Shown here piece after piece: positions 1 through 12,380 of a DNA stretch of 64,000 bases (within the stretch, counting starts at the first letter, position 1; each line of letters starts with the position of its first letter). The translations under genes were made by a program, and so were the position numbers. The stretch comes from Lama glama (Eukaryota), in NCBI GenBank assembly GCA_028534125.1, contig CM052817.1, positions 105,402,001 through 105,466,000 on the forward strand. The letters are read 5' to 3'. The notes under the pieces were generated by a model. That model saw only the letters and a list, made by a program, of their open reading frames with translations. It made no database searches and was not told where the DNA came from.

Positions 1-1549
1 ATGTGAATGACTTTAGTTTTCACCTTAATGGGTTTCATCAAAACGTGTTTTAAATATGTCATATAGATGAATTTATTTCCATTTACAAACACAGAGAGGA
101 AGAGGAATAAACATGGAGGTGTCTTAATTTTGTAAATCTTACGTGCTTCGGAACCGTATCAGATGGCTGGGATCTCTCCTTTCATATCTGTGCTGTTGGC
201 ACTGACTTTGTGATCTGCTAATGTTTTTCAAAATTATGAGATCTGATTATAAAACATGAATCTTCATTATAATGAAAATAACCAACTAAGTTTTTAATTT
301 CCTTTTATCAAGAAAATCTTACGGTTATTGGAGAGAGGTAGTATTAAGCATGGAAAGTCGATTAGAGAAAGCAGTAAGAAGCGTGGAAAATCATATTTTC
401 CAAATGGCTGGATTACAACCATTCACATCAAAAACAGGAGTCGAAAAATGTATTTATATCTCCAATAAGGTTATTGTAATCCTCCTAGATAACATGTTTA
501 TTTCATGAACTTCCTGGGGAAGATAACGGATTTACTTCCCTGGGATGTTCAAGGATAAGCATGAATTATCATTGTCCTGGATTTCTCCAGCCGAATAACA
601 TCCAAATGAATCCATTGTATCATAATAAGATAGAATCACTGTCTTTCAATAAAACCAAATACTATTTAAAGAAAAAGCATTCAGACACCTCTATGATGAA
701 TAATCATTAAACGCTATTTAAAGTTTTGCTAAATCTAAGATACTTAGACTGGTATTTAATTGTAGATTAAAAAAAATTAAATGCTTTTTATTCTTCTCAG
801 TTATAAACATAGTCACACATTTGGTATGCACATCCATAAATAAATTCCTAATTACCAGTACAACTTATATCAGAAATCCAAATAAAAAATACCAATTGTA
901 ATGCAAGAACACTGTTCATCTCTACATGAAATGCTTTGTTAAAAGAGGGAAAAATAAGATAATGTGCTGTATACATAGAAGGGTCTTGAAGAAATTTTGA
1001 GTTAATTATTTTATGAAGAAAATATGAATCATCAATGAATTAATTTAATATGGTAAAATTAATAATTATTTCCTCGTATGTATGACTTACAAACCTCCTG
1101 CCTTATTGTGTTCCTTCAATAAAGGATACAACAGTTGAAATATATAGGAAACTAAACATCTATAGGGAAATACATGGTATGTTTAGTACTCTTTATGTCA
1201 GCATAGACAAAAATGAGTAAAAGTGACTGAACACATCAAGTCAGAAGCATTTAGTAGCACCATTGATGTTTGGTGTACTGTTGTCTGGCTGGAGTCATAA
1301 AATGAGGCAGAGACAGAATCAGAGTGTGACTAGTTCTTAATTTATCTGCCAAATGCACAACAACTGATTACTAAAATCCAAGTATATATTAAATACAATC
1401 TCACGTTTCTGTCACCCATCATCCATTAGAAATAGTCATTGTGTTTAAACTCAGAAAGCATTTGCTGGATTGCAGACCTCAGTGGAATCTCTGACAAAAC
1501 CCTCTTCTGGACAAAATGCAAAGTAACCCACGGGCACCATCAGTGCTGG

Positions 1550-1950
1550 TTTATTAGTCCAGGGTGCTGCTTCCTGTCACAAGCAATTCCCAGGTCTGCT
1601 GCAACGTAACAGGATGCACCATGACTGCTTCCACCTGCTCTCTTCCAGTAGGGGTTTTTCAGGGGGTTTCAGGGTTGGCGGGCTCTGCTCCATGCTATAA
1701 TCAGAGACCTGGGCTGCTGCTGCTTCCACCATAGGGCTCTGCTCTGTGGCAGGTCTGTAGGTTCCCTTTGTCATCCACGGAGTGCAGAAAGGATGAGGAT
1801 CCCCCGTGGGGGACTTTAATGGGCCAGGCTACAAGGGAAACACCTTGCCCTACCACGTGGCGTTGACCAGAACTCAGTCACTTGGCTGTGCCTCACTTAA
1901 GGGAGGCTGGGAAAAGCAGTGTGATTGGATGAGCAGGAGAAAAAGAAGTG
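1550..1950 (-). mobile_element. MaLR LTR relic, MLT1J/K-like
   Basis: ccagaactcagtcacttggctgtgcctcacttaagggaggctgggaaaagcagt (~1867-1920) is the reverse complement of the recalled MLT1J 5' block. ttattagtccagggtgctgc near 1551 resembles the other end. Highly diverged; boundaries approximate. Confidence 0.6.
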
Positions 1951-1951
1951 T

Positions 1952-2142
1952 ATGCTTTCTTGTCTCTTGTTTTTCCCCCATTAACCCATTGACCTCATCA
2001 AAGTTCGTCTGAAAGTTGTGCCAGCACTACTCCAGGAAAATGGGTAAGGTCTTAACCAATATTCATCAAGCCCATTTATGCTTCCAGTTGGACTTTGATG
2101 AAGTCAATGGGTTAACTGGGGGGGAAAAGAAAAAGAAAGCAT
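1952..2142. repeat. Imperfect long inverted repeat (~62-bp arms, ~65-bp spacer)
   Basis: 1981-2004 ttaacccattgacctcatcaaagt matches the reverse complement of 2092-2115 at 23/24. Outer ends atgctttct (1952-1960) and agaaagcat (2134-2142) are perfectly complementary. Confidence 0.9.
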
Positions 2143-2608
2143 GAACTTGAGTGGCTATTGGTGTGCAGGGGCTACATGAATCAATATCTTTATGAGGTCT
2201 ATTCTTGCTGGACTTAGGTGTCCTCACCTGTAAAATGAATGAATTATATGAGGTATGTCCCTGCTGAACATTTACATGTGCAAGATTATCTGTAGGTAAT
2301 ATCTCACGAAGACTAGTCTTAAGGAGAAAGTGATTTAAATTGGAAGACTAATAGTTACATATGAGTGAATATTTGATCAATAAATGGCCCTGCTCATCAA
2401 TTTTACTCATGTATGTATTAAAGTGGAATAAATACTGGACTGAATCCTAGAAAATATTAAGAGATGAATCTAAAAAACTTTTAAAAGATGCTAAATTTAT
2501 CACTAGGGATATATCAAAAGATGAAAAAATCTGAGAAGCACTTACAATTGGGAAAGTAAAGAGATGCAATAGTATAGATCAGAGAACTAGATGACAGCTA
2601 AATAGATA

Positions 2609-3583
2609 GACAGACAACTTAATAAGAACAAAACAAACAACCCAATCCAAAAATGAGCAGAAGACCTAAACAAGCAATTCTCCAGTGAAGACATACAAAT
2701 GGCCAATAGGCACATGAAAAATGCTCAGTATTGCTAACTACCAGAGAAATGCAAATCAAAACTACAATGAGATACCACCTCACACCAGACAGAATGGCCG
2801 TCATTCAAAAGTCCACAAATGGTAAATGCTGGAGAGGATGTGGAGAAAAGGCAACCCTCTACACTGTTGATGGGAATGTAGTTTGGTGCAGCCATTATGG
2901 AGGATAGTATGAAGTTTCCTCAAAAAACTAAAAATACACTTATCATGTGATCCAGCAATCCCACTCCTGGGCATATATCCAGAGGGAAACTTAATTCAAA
3001 AAGATACATGCACCCCAACATTCACAGCAGCACTGTTTACAATAGCCAAGACATGGAAACAACCTAAATGTCCATCAACAGATGCCTGGATAAAGAAGTT
3101 GTAGTATACTTATACAAGGGAATACTACTCAGCCATAAAAATGAATCACATAATGCCCTTTGCAGCAACATGGATGGACCTGGAGATTGTCTTTCTAAAT
3201 GAAGTAAGCCAGAAAGAGAAAGAAAAATACCACATAATATCACTTATATGTGGAATCTAAACAACAAGGACAAATAAACTGATTTGCAGAACAGAAACAG
3301 ACTCACAGACATAGAAAACAAACATGGTTACCAGAGCGGAAGAGGGAGGGAAGGGATAAACTAGGAGTTCTAAATTTGCAAATACTAGCTAATATATATA
3401 AAATAGATAAACAACTCTATGCTGCATAGCACAGGGAACTATATTCAATATCTTTTAGTAACTTATGTGAAAAAGAATATGAAAATGAATATATGTATGT
3501 ATATATAGGACTGAAGCATTGTGCTGTACACCAGAAATTGACACATTGTAAACTGACTACACTTCAATAAAATATATTAAAAA
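2609..3583 (+). mobile_element. 5'-truncated LINE-1 (ORF2 3' end plus 3'UTR, cetartiodactyl-type tail)
   Basis: ORF2-end motifs (gaaatgcaaatcaaaactacaatgagataccacctcacacc; gcagcaacatggatggacctggag). Tail gctgtacaccagaaattgacacattgtaaactgactacacttcaataaa. Candidate TSD taaatagata at 2599-2608 and 3584-3593. Confidence 0.95.
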
Positions 3584-4049
3584 TAAATAGATAATTAAAT
3601 AAGTATAACATGCCGCTCAGAAATAGAAGACAACACTGATTTATGGAGGAAATAACAATTGATCAAACATGTACCTGAATTTTGACGAGACAACCTTGGT
3701 AATAGTGGGTAAAGTAATAGTTTTTTTGTTGTTGGTCGTGCTGTTGTTAGTTTTTCCCTTCTTGGTCAGAGGTCTGAACGAGCAGTTTAATTTATCTGTG
3801 CTGAAATAACTAGGCAATACCCTTGAAAACATGCAACATCAATTTAGGTTAAATGACTCTCAGCCTTACCTGCTAATGCTTTTATGGGATTTGGGATTTG
3901 TGAATTTGCGACAGACTTTCTTTAGAACCATGAAATATTGCATTTCCTATAAATTACCAAGCCAATAAAAAGTAAGCAGTCATGAATTTACCTACTTGAA
4001 AGCTTAAGTTGACCAAGCTTGGCAAAAAATATTTAAACACAAATTTTGG

Positions 4050-4388
4050 CCTGGAGCTAAAAAAAAAAAAAATCGGCTGCCAGATGTTTCTCCAGCAAAG
4101 ATGGGTTTATTTGGGTTCAACAGAGAATCCCAATTTGGGGTCTGCAACCATGGTGAGCTATGCGTAAGTCCCCTGCACAGCAAGGGAAGGAGAATGCTTT
4201 TATAGATGGGAAAAGGAAGTCGTTGGGGTTGTAATAAATAAAGAGTGCATGCTTTCACATTGATTGGGTCCTGGCCAAGGAAAAGGAGGAGACTTTCTTG
4301 GGCTCTGTGATTACCGCGGAGCCTGAGAGCTCCCCCTGCTGGTCTCCCGACGATTTAATGGAGGTTTTTGTTTATCAATTTTCTTACA
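4050..4388 (-). mobile_element. ERV1-class solo LTR
   Basis: On the - strand it begins TGTAAGAAAA (4388) and has CCAAT (4263-4267), TATA-like CTATAAAAG (4197-4205) and AATAAA (4106-4111) in LTR order. Shares blocks with the LTR at 56518-57051. Left boundary approximate. Confidence 0.75.
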
Positions 4389-5331
4389 ACATGGACGTTG
4401 AAATCAATGCTACAGTCGTTTTGTAGAGGATGGCTTAAATCAGGATTGTCGTGCTGACCATCCAGGGATTCTGGGATTGTTATACAAATATTTGTGGTGT
4501 GTTTCAGTATCAGATTTAGCATGTGTACATTCTAAAACAAAATGTGTCCGTTTTCTTATGTATTAGGCATATAGCCCTCGAATATAGTACAAAGGTGATG
4601 GAGCTTTAAGAATACAGTGAGCTTTACAATCAATGATATCATTAAAGATGACTTTCAGACACAGATGCAGGTAAGGATGATGTGGAGAGTTACTCATTTG
4701 TAATTATCTACTTCAGAATCCATTCATGTTGTTCAAAGGACTGGCCCTTTTTGTATCCAAATATGATTAATGAATGTGGAAGATATTTGTCTTAATGCCT
4801 CCCATTCATAACTGAAATAAAAGAACTTCCTCTAACAGAGGCTGTGTGGTACAGCTATCCACCAATATGAATTACGGAACTTAACTTCCTTATCTGGTTT
4901 CCCAAATTAAACAGTAATTTCATTCAAGACAGGACTATTATAGAATTGCCAGTTGCTTCAACTGTGTGCAGCCCAAGGGCTGGTGTGTAATTTGCTTTTG
5001 AGAAATAATCGTTGATTAAAGGAAAGCAAACAGGAACTGGTTGAGTTTTCTAGCTAATTAGTTATACTGTGTTTAAGTCCTTTCAGTCTCTCTCCATATT
5101 ATTCTTCTAACACCTTTCATATTTTGATGGCACTGGCATCACATGAGAGCAGCTGTGACTACCTAACTAATCCAAATTAAGGGTTCCTGCCAAAAGGAAA
5201 ACACACACACATGCATTGAGAAAAACATATTAGCAGCCCACTGACTTTTTAAATTTTTAATTAATTAATATGTTCTTGTCTATGCTCTTTTGGGGACTTA
5301 ATTTATTTTTAGAGTTCAAAATGCACAGTTA

Positions 5332-5486
5332 AGGGCGTGGGTATAGCTCAAGTGGTAGAGTGCAGGTTTAGCATGCATGAGGTCCCGGGTTCAATCCTCA
5401 GTACCTCCTCTAAAAAAAAAAGTTCAAAAAAAAAACTCTAATTACCTCCTGCCCCCCCGAAAGCCAACCAAGGAACAAAAAAAAAA
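5332..5486 (+). mobile_element. tRNA-Ala-derived camelid SINE (vic-1 type)
   Basis: A box tagctcaagtgg (5344-5355), B box ggttcaatcc (5388-5397), internal A-run, ctaattacctcc body and poly(A) tail. 14-bp TSD aaaatgcacagtta (5318-5331) / aaaatgcgcagtta (5487-5500). Confidence 0.93.
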
Positions 5487-7861
5487 AAAATGCGCAGTTA
5501 GATTTCCAAAACTTAGTAATGCCATCAAGAATGTATTGAGCAAAGAAATAGCTCGAGTATTTTCCCTTGTTGACGTTTGCTCGTTCAGCCGTTTATGTAA
5601 CTATGAATCAAATATGATCTCGTCCTCACTTATTTCCTAAGTTTCCAGCTTGTGACAATGCAAATGGCAAATTTTACAGAACCCATCCTTGCGTGTGTCT
5701 ACTTGCATCGTTTTTTAGACCACTCTACTCCCTTAAAGTTATAGTATTAAAAAAATATGCAGACAGTAACGGCCTCCTACTTTGAACATTTTAGGATCTG
5801 GCAGTCAATCAAAAACATCCCCAGTTGAAATTTAGATCATTTGTGCTGATCTCTCTCCTTCAATCGTAGAAATGATTCAGATATTTAAAATTGAGTTAAG
5901 CAGCAAAGCCAGTCATCAGAATAATTCACCTAATTTTTCTCCTGAATTTTCTCAGTTTCCAGCTGTAGAAATTGAATTTGGGCTATGTATTAGGGTCTCA
6001 AAACATGACAAAGATCAGTTGCAAAATTAAAAGAAAAAAATGAATGGTCTCCTATGCATTTGACTGGGATAAAGACTTTTCTGTTTTTGAAGACTATAAT
6101 TACCTTAACCTTAAATTCACCTCTTAAAATTAAAATTAAAATTCTAGTTTCCATTTATCATGACATCTCTCATGGATAGAAATAATTTAAAATCAAAAGG
6201 AGATATATCCCAAAATTTAGTTTCAATTTCTACCTGAGACTTTATGACTAACTGTATGAGAGACAGAGCTTGAGTCTTTTTATTGTTGTTTTGTAGAATA
6301 ATTATTTAGTGTTTAATTTTCATATTATACTCCTCCCTCAATAAAAATGTTTTTCGTAATCTGAAGAGAGATAGGGAGGCAGACTTGTTAACACTTTAAT
6401 ATTTTCAGAATGCTCTTGCCTTAGATGTAACTTCCTAACATCTGTAAAGTACAGGGTATGAAGTTGATAAGGACTTACGTCGATGGTGACGTAATGACAC
6501 TCCAGAGATTTTTAATTAAAATGGAAAAAAAATTGTTTTGGAGAAATGCAGTATCATCTAAATACCTAAAAATGATACTATTATTTAAAATGTGTTTTGC
6601 ATATAGATATATCTGATTTCTAAATTATTAGACTTGACACAGGAGACAGTTCACAGAAAAGAAAGCCCAGTTTAATTAAGTGGCATTTGACGAGTTTAAG
6701 TAAAGCATTCATTATATTGTTGAAGCTGTATTTCTGTGCTCTTTTTACTTTCAATGGAAGGTGAGCACCATTGTATATTGCATTCCATTCCACTGTGCAT
6801 CAAAATTTCCTGGGAAACACAGAGCAGAGGAAGGGAGAAGAAAGGCAGCCTCAGCCCTGAAGATGACAGTGGGCATTTCATGTCAGTCTTTCAAGTCTGC
6901 TGACTCATTAACCCTCACGGTATTTCCTCCAGTGTAGACGGGATGGATTGAGACTGTGAGACTTGTAGAGGTCTGAGCTTGTCCTGAGTTCCTCATCTGG
7001 TCAGTAGCAAGTTTGCACTAACCTCCTTGCCTGTAGCCGCCTCTTCCTGAGCTCTTCCCATCTCTCCCTTGTAATTTACACCGTTCTATTTCCAGGTGAG
7101 AGAACCATTCCAGACAAGAGCTGCTTAAATAGATGTAAACACTCAGAAGTTCAAATGAATGTCTAATATTCTGCACCACAGGCATATTTTTACAAAAAGA
7201 TACATTTTATAAACATTGAATAGATCTTACAGAAAACATTCAAGAAGGTGAGGAAAAATTTTATGATAAAGAACAAAGAATAATGCACCTGGGGGTCTCC
7301 TGCTTTGCTGGCAACACCGTTAGTTAATTTCTGGGAGAACCTCAGACGTGAGAAGCTCTACCCTGGCTTCATGAGCTTGACATCTCCCTATGCACACCAG
7401 CACCTGTTTTTCGCCTATTAATTACCTTTTATATCCGTTTACTTTAGTCATTAGTAATAGGTTCTTGATGAAATTGGACGTCATCAAAATGCTAACAAAG
7501 TTCATGATTCTAAATCTCAGATTACTTGCATTGGAACATTTTTACTGTCCCAGAGGGCTGTCTTTGCTTCCCTACTCATCACAGTACAAATTGGGGGAAA
7601 TCTATATTTTTACGCAAATTTTGAATTACTTAGCAAACTGCTGCCCAAGATACAATATAAGCCTGATAATGATGACAGAGGTATGTGACAGTGAGAAATT
7701 AGGTTAGAAATTAGACGGATCATTTATACATGCTTATTACAAGAAAATAGAGCAGTTTTAGTTTAACAGCAAAACTGAGCCTAGATTTCAGTGTCCACGT
7801 ATCTCCTGGCACCACACTTGTATGGTTTCCCCTGCTATCAGCCTCTTGCACCAGATGGTAC

Positions 7862-8361
7862 NNNNNNNNNNNNNNNNNNNNNNNNNNNNNNNNNNNNNNN
7901 NNNNNNNNNNNNNNNNNNNNNNNNNNNNNNNNNNNNNNNNNNNNNNNNNNNNNNNNNNNNNNNNNNNNNNNNNNNNNNNNNNNNNNNNNNNNNNNNNNNN
8001 NNNNNNNNNNNNNNNNNNNNNNNNNNNNNNNNNNNNNNNNNNNNNNNNNNNNNNNNNNNNNNNNNNNNNNNNNNNNNNNNNNNNNNNNNNNNNNNNNNNN
8101 NNNNNNNNNNNNNNNNNNNNNNNNNNNNNNNNNNNNNNNNNNNNNNNNNNNNNNNNNNNNNNNNNNNNNNNNNNNNNNNNNNNNNNNNNNNNNNNNNNNN
8201 NNNNNNNNNNNNNNNNNNNNNNNNNNNNNNNNNNNNNNNNNNNNNNNNNNNNNNNNNNNNNNNNNNNNNNNNNNNNNNNNNNNNNNNNNNNNNNNNNNNN
8301 NNNNNNNNNNNNNNNNNNNNNNNNNNNNNNNNNNNNNNNNNNNNNNNNNNNNNNNNNNNNN
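7862..8361. other. Assembly gap (500 N)
   Basis: Run of exactly 500 N; the round number suggests a placeholder size. Confidence 1.
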
Positions 8362-9185
8362 TATTACCAAAAAGACAAGAGAAACACATGTTGGCAATGA
8401 TGTGGAGAAAAGGAAGCCTTGTGAACTACTGGTGAGAATGTAAATTGGCACAACCACTGCAGAAAAGCCTATGGAGTTTCCTCAAAATAAGATAAAATAG
8501 AACCAACATATGATCCATCAATCCCATTTCTGGGTGTATAGTCAGTGAAAATGAAATCACTGTCTTGAAGAGATGCCTCCATCCCTAGTTTAGTGTGGCA
8601 TTATTTACAATAACCAGACATGGGAACAACCTAATTGGGTATCAATAGATGAGTGAATCATATATATGTGTATTCTATTAAACCATGAGAAAGAAGGAAA
8701 TCCTGCCATGTGTGATGACATAGATGGTCCCTGATGATGTTCTACTAAGGGAACTAAGTTAAAGAAAGACAATTACTGGATGATATCACGTGTATGTGGA
8801 ATACTTAAAAAAAAAAGAGAAGAAGAAGCCAAACTCCTAGAAACAAAGTAGATGGACGGTTTCTAGGAGCTGGGGAGAGGGGGGAAATGGGGAAAAGGTG
8901 ATCAAAGGGTACAAACTTCCAGTCACAGGCTGAATTACTCCTGAGGATCTAATTTACAGCATGGTGATTATATTTAATATGTATGCCTTATGTACTTGGT
9001 TGTTCCTGAAAGAAAAAAACTCAAATATTCTCACTGTAAAATAATACTGTAGTTATATGAGGTGATGGGTGTGTTCACTAACCTTATTGTGGGAATCAGT
9101 TCACAATACAGACATACATCAAATTGTTACATTGTACACCTTACCTTTATCCAATGTGTATGTCTGTTGTATCTCAATAAAGCAG
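8362..9185 (+). mobile_element. Older LINE-1 3' end (L1MA-like), cut on the left by the gap
   Basis: ORF2-end motifs (gatgtggagaaaagg, catatgatccatcaatcccatttctggg). L1MA-type 3'UTR (gggtacaaacttccagt...gaggtgatggg) ending tatctcaataaagc. Confidence 0.9.
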
Positions 9186-9204
9186 CAGCGAGGATGGGGG
9201 AGGG

Positions 9205-9615
9205 ACGTGAGTCCTTCGAAGCACTGCTTTAACTGTGCCCCACTCTTCCTGATAAGCTTATGTTTTCATTTTCTTTAATGCAAAATATTTTTTAATTTGT
9301 TTTGAGATCTCCTCTTTTACCCATGTGTTTTTCAGAAGTATGTTGTTAATCTCCACATATTTGACTTGTTCCAGTTATCTTTCTGTCATTGATTTCCAGT
9401 TTAATTCCATCATGGGCTGAGAGCAGACGTGGTACACTTCTGTGCTTTTAAATTTGTTAAGGTGTTTTTATGGGCCTGAGTGTGATCTCTCTTGATGAAT
9501 GATCTGTGTGAGCTTAAGAAGGAGGCACATTCTGCTGTTTGGGGATGAAACAGTCTATAGATGTCAATTATATCCAGTTGGCTGGTGTGTTGCTGAGTTC
9601 AACTCTGTCCTTAAT
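9205..9615 (-). mobile_element. Ancient LINE-1 internal fragment (ORF2 5'/endonuclease-region-like)
   Basis: gagatctcctcttttacccatgtgtttttcagaagtatgttgttaatctcca...gatttccagtttaattccatcatgggctgagag is the typical antisense appearance of the ORF2 5' region of old L1M elements. Confidence 0.75.
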
Positions 9616-11345
9616 CGTATATTTGCCCATTAATTCCCAGTTGACCTGAATAGGACAACACCTGAGTATTTTGGATAGGTGTCTTTTGGAGGCAACATGA
9701 AACGAAACTATGTATAAGTTTCAATGGGCCATTTAGCAGTCAGCCTCCTATGTGGATGGTGAGAGACGGCTTCCGACACGGCAGCTACTCTCCCACGGAA
9801 AGAGGCTGTGGCTTTTCCTTCGACTGGAAAGATAACTCGAGTTTTGTAAAATGATTATTCCACTGGAAATGGAAATGGCAGTGTGTAGAGAAAATAAATG
9901 AAGATAAAACATGCTTAAAATCATTTTTATTTTCCATTATCCTTTTCGATCTATATAAAAAGGAAATACCCTAGATATAGTATTCTTGTTTATTGTTATT
10001 TAAAATTTTTATGTTTCCTTAACAAAGAACTGTTATGAATACTTTGGATTTACAGGTAATATCATTGGATTGAAATGTTTATTCTGGGTTTCTAAAATAG
10101 TAACATTGGGATGAATAAGTGTAAACAGATAAGAAAAGAAAATTATTAGTTGGTAAAGATGCCAAAAGCTATAAGAATGTTTCCCGTTTTCCAAATATTA
10201 CACTTTTGCTTTGGCACAGCAGATAAAGTTTCCAAATAATCCGTTGTCAGGAATTAGTTGAGGGTTTGTGGTTTTCAAGTAGTAGGTCACTAGTGATTTT
10301 AGAAAATCCTGAAATAGAAAGGAACAATTTAAGATAAGGCAGGTGATCAGCTTAAAGTCCATTACTGTCGGCTTAGGTCTCTTAAGAGGAAGAAAGTGTT
10401 ACTGCTGGGCACAAAATCTGGAAAAAACTGACCAGAGAATATGAGAGCAAAGGAAAACTGTAAAAGAGGGACTTCGATGTAACTGAATACTATTTAATCA
10501 AATATGACAAATATTCAGGCCCTGTTTTGATCATTTGTAAGGCCATTGTACATTTCTGTCTAAACATTGCCTGATGAAATAGGAATTTTAAATGGCCACA
10601 AAGACGGGCTCTGATCTACATAAAAACTAACATCAAATATTAGTTTGAGGACATTTTATGAAATTCCCTAGATACCTGCTCACATGGTTAATAAATAATT
10701 TTTGAGGGTTCATGCAGATTGGCATTTTAGGAAATTCCTGTATTCAAAACTAAGGCATCACGCAGTAGAAACCATCCAAATAGAGGGGGAAAAAGGCTTT
10801 TCTGACCCTGACTATAATGCAGAGTATTACATGGCATGTATAATTTCCGTTGGGCTATAATGAAGCTGGATGGCCTGAGATAATACAGTGTAAAAGAAAA
10901 TCAGGTTTGTGTGTGTGTGTATTTTTCTTTTATAAAAGGAAAGGAAAAGAAAAAAAATGCACAGGGAACCAAGTCCTTTCCTGCTATTACTGGGACTTGC
11001 GCGCTTTTTTCCCTCTAGGATATTTAGATCAATGGTACATCACTGTCAGAAGAAACAGCTGATGGTCAGCAAGAACATGTGCTGGGGTTCAAACGTCAGA
11101 CTCAGAGAAATCAGCATTAGTTTGTGCTATGTTTTCTAAAACATAAATGTGAGTAAGAGATGTGTTTGTTCGTACACCTGTTTATTTTTCATTCGCTGTT
11201 GTTTTAGACGATGTCCTAGGTATTCAGTATAGTGTGTTCCTAAATATATTAAAAATATTTACCAAATGCTCTTGATTCCAAGTCCTGAAGTTAATTGATA
11301 CTACTTTAATATGCAGTTAACCCTACTATGAAAAAAGGATGAAAA

Positions 11346-11370
11346 TGTGTGTGTGTGTGTGTATGTGTGT
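11346..11370. repeat. Interrupted (TG)n microsatellite
   Basis: tgtgtgtgtgtgtgtgtatgtgtgt read directly. Confidence 0.9.
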
Positions 11371-11534
11371 AGTGAGTAAAGAACAAATGTTGACTTGAAA
11401 TAAAGTTTTCAGACTAGGGGCTAGATATATTAAATTGGTAAATCACTGATGTTTACCAGTCAGAGCTGTTAGAATTGCTTCATTCCTTAGCAACATCATA
11501 AATTACTGTATCATGGAACATTGTAAGGTTGATC

Positions 11535-12155
11535 GTTTTAAAATGTACATACAGTCAGGTTTAACTTTTTTACCTCTTTGGTGTACAGTGCCGTGAGTTT
11601 TAACACACGTATGGATGTGTGTAACCACCTTCACTGTCAAGGTACAAGGAAGTTATCTTACTCCCCTCCCCAAATTCCCTTGGCTGGTTGTTTGCAGTCA
11701 CACGCTGTCCCCATTCCTACCAGAGGGCAGCCACTTAATCTCATCTCTTTCTATGTCATTTTGCCTTTTCCAGAATGTCACATGAATGGAATCACACAGT
11801 ACAGGACCATTTGAAACTGGCTACTTTCACTCAGCATAATGGCCGTGGGATTCATTTATGTTGTGTAATCCACAGTTTGTTTCTTTTGCATTGTTGAGTA
11901 GTATTCCATTGTGTGAACACTGCAGTTCGTTCATCCATTCACCTGTCAAAGGACAGTTAGGTCGTTTGCAGTTTGGGGCAATAGGAAGACAGCCCCTATA
12001 AAACATTTGTTTACAGGTTTTTGAACGGACATAAGTTGTTACTTCTCCAAGATAAAATGCCTAAGAATGGATTTGCTAAATCATTTGGTAAGTATATGTT
12101 TAACTTATTAAGAAACTGCCAAATTGTTTGCCAGAGCAGTCGTACCATTTTAGAG
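11535..12155 (-). mobile_element. Ancient LINE-1 3' end (L1MC/MD/ME-like)
   Basis: ttgccttttccagaatgtcacatgaatggaatcacacagta, ctttcactcagcataat, gagtagtattccattgtgtg, ggtaagtatatgtttaacttattaagaaactgccaaattgttt. Confidence 0.85.
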
Positions 12156-12259
12156 TTCAACAATATATCAGTGTCAGCTTCATATATATTTTTCAGAAAG
12201 ACAAATATGAAATAGATGAGTCAAGGTTCTGTTACATTTATATGCTGTGTTTAATCAAC

Positions 12260-12380
12260 ATGGTAGACAGGATAATGACCTTCCAAGAGATATCCAGGAC
12301 CTAATCTATGGCAAGTGTGAATTTACTGCAGAGGGGGAAAAAATGTCTTTGCCAATGTGGTTAATGATCTTGAGAAGGAT
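12260..12380 (+). mobile_element. MaLR LTR 5' fragment, MLT1C/D-like
   Basis: tggtagacaggataatgaccttccaagagatatccaggacctaatc...tctttgccaatgtggttaatgatcttgag resembles the recalled MLT1D start. Only ~120 bp are present. Confidence 0.6.

Noticed and set aside
4659..4670. 12-nt micro-exon ACACAGATGCAG with donor GTAAGG
   Set aside because: The donor is good but the acceptor has almost no pyrimidine tract (attaaagatgactttcag).
5332..5408. tRNA-Ala genes (also at 33340-33417, 36540-36616, 54537-54610)
   Set aside because: Each has a SINE body or A-rich tail, flanking duplications and stem mismatches, so these are SINE heads rather than tRNA genes.
7720..8457. The longest ORFs in the track (183-245 aa)
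   Set aside because: Artefacts of reading through the 500-N gap.
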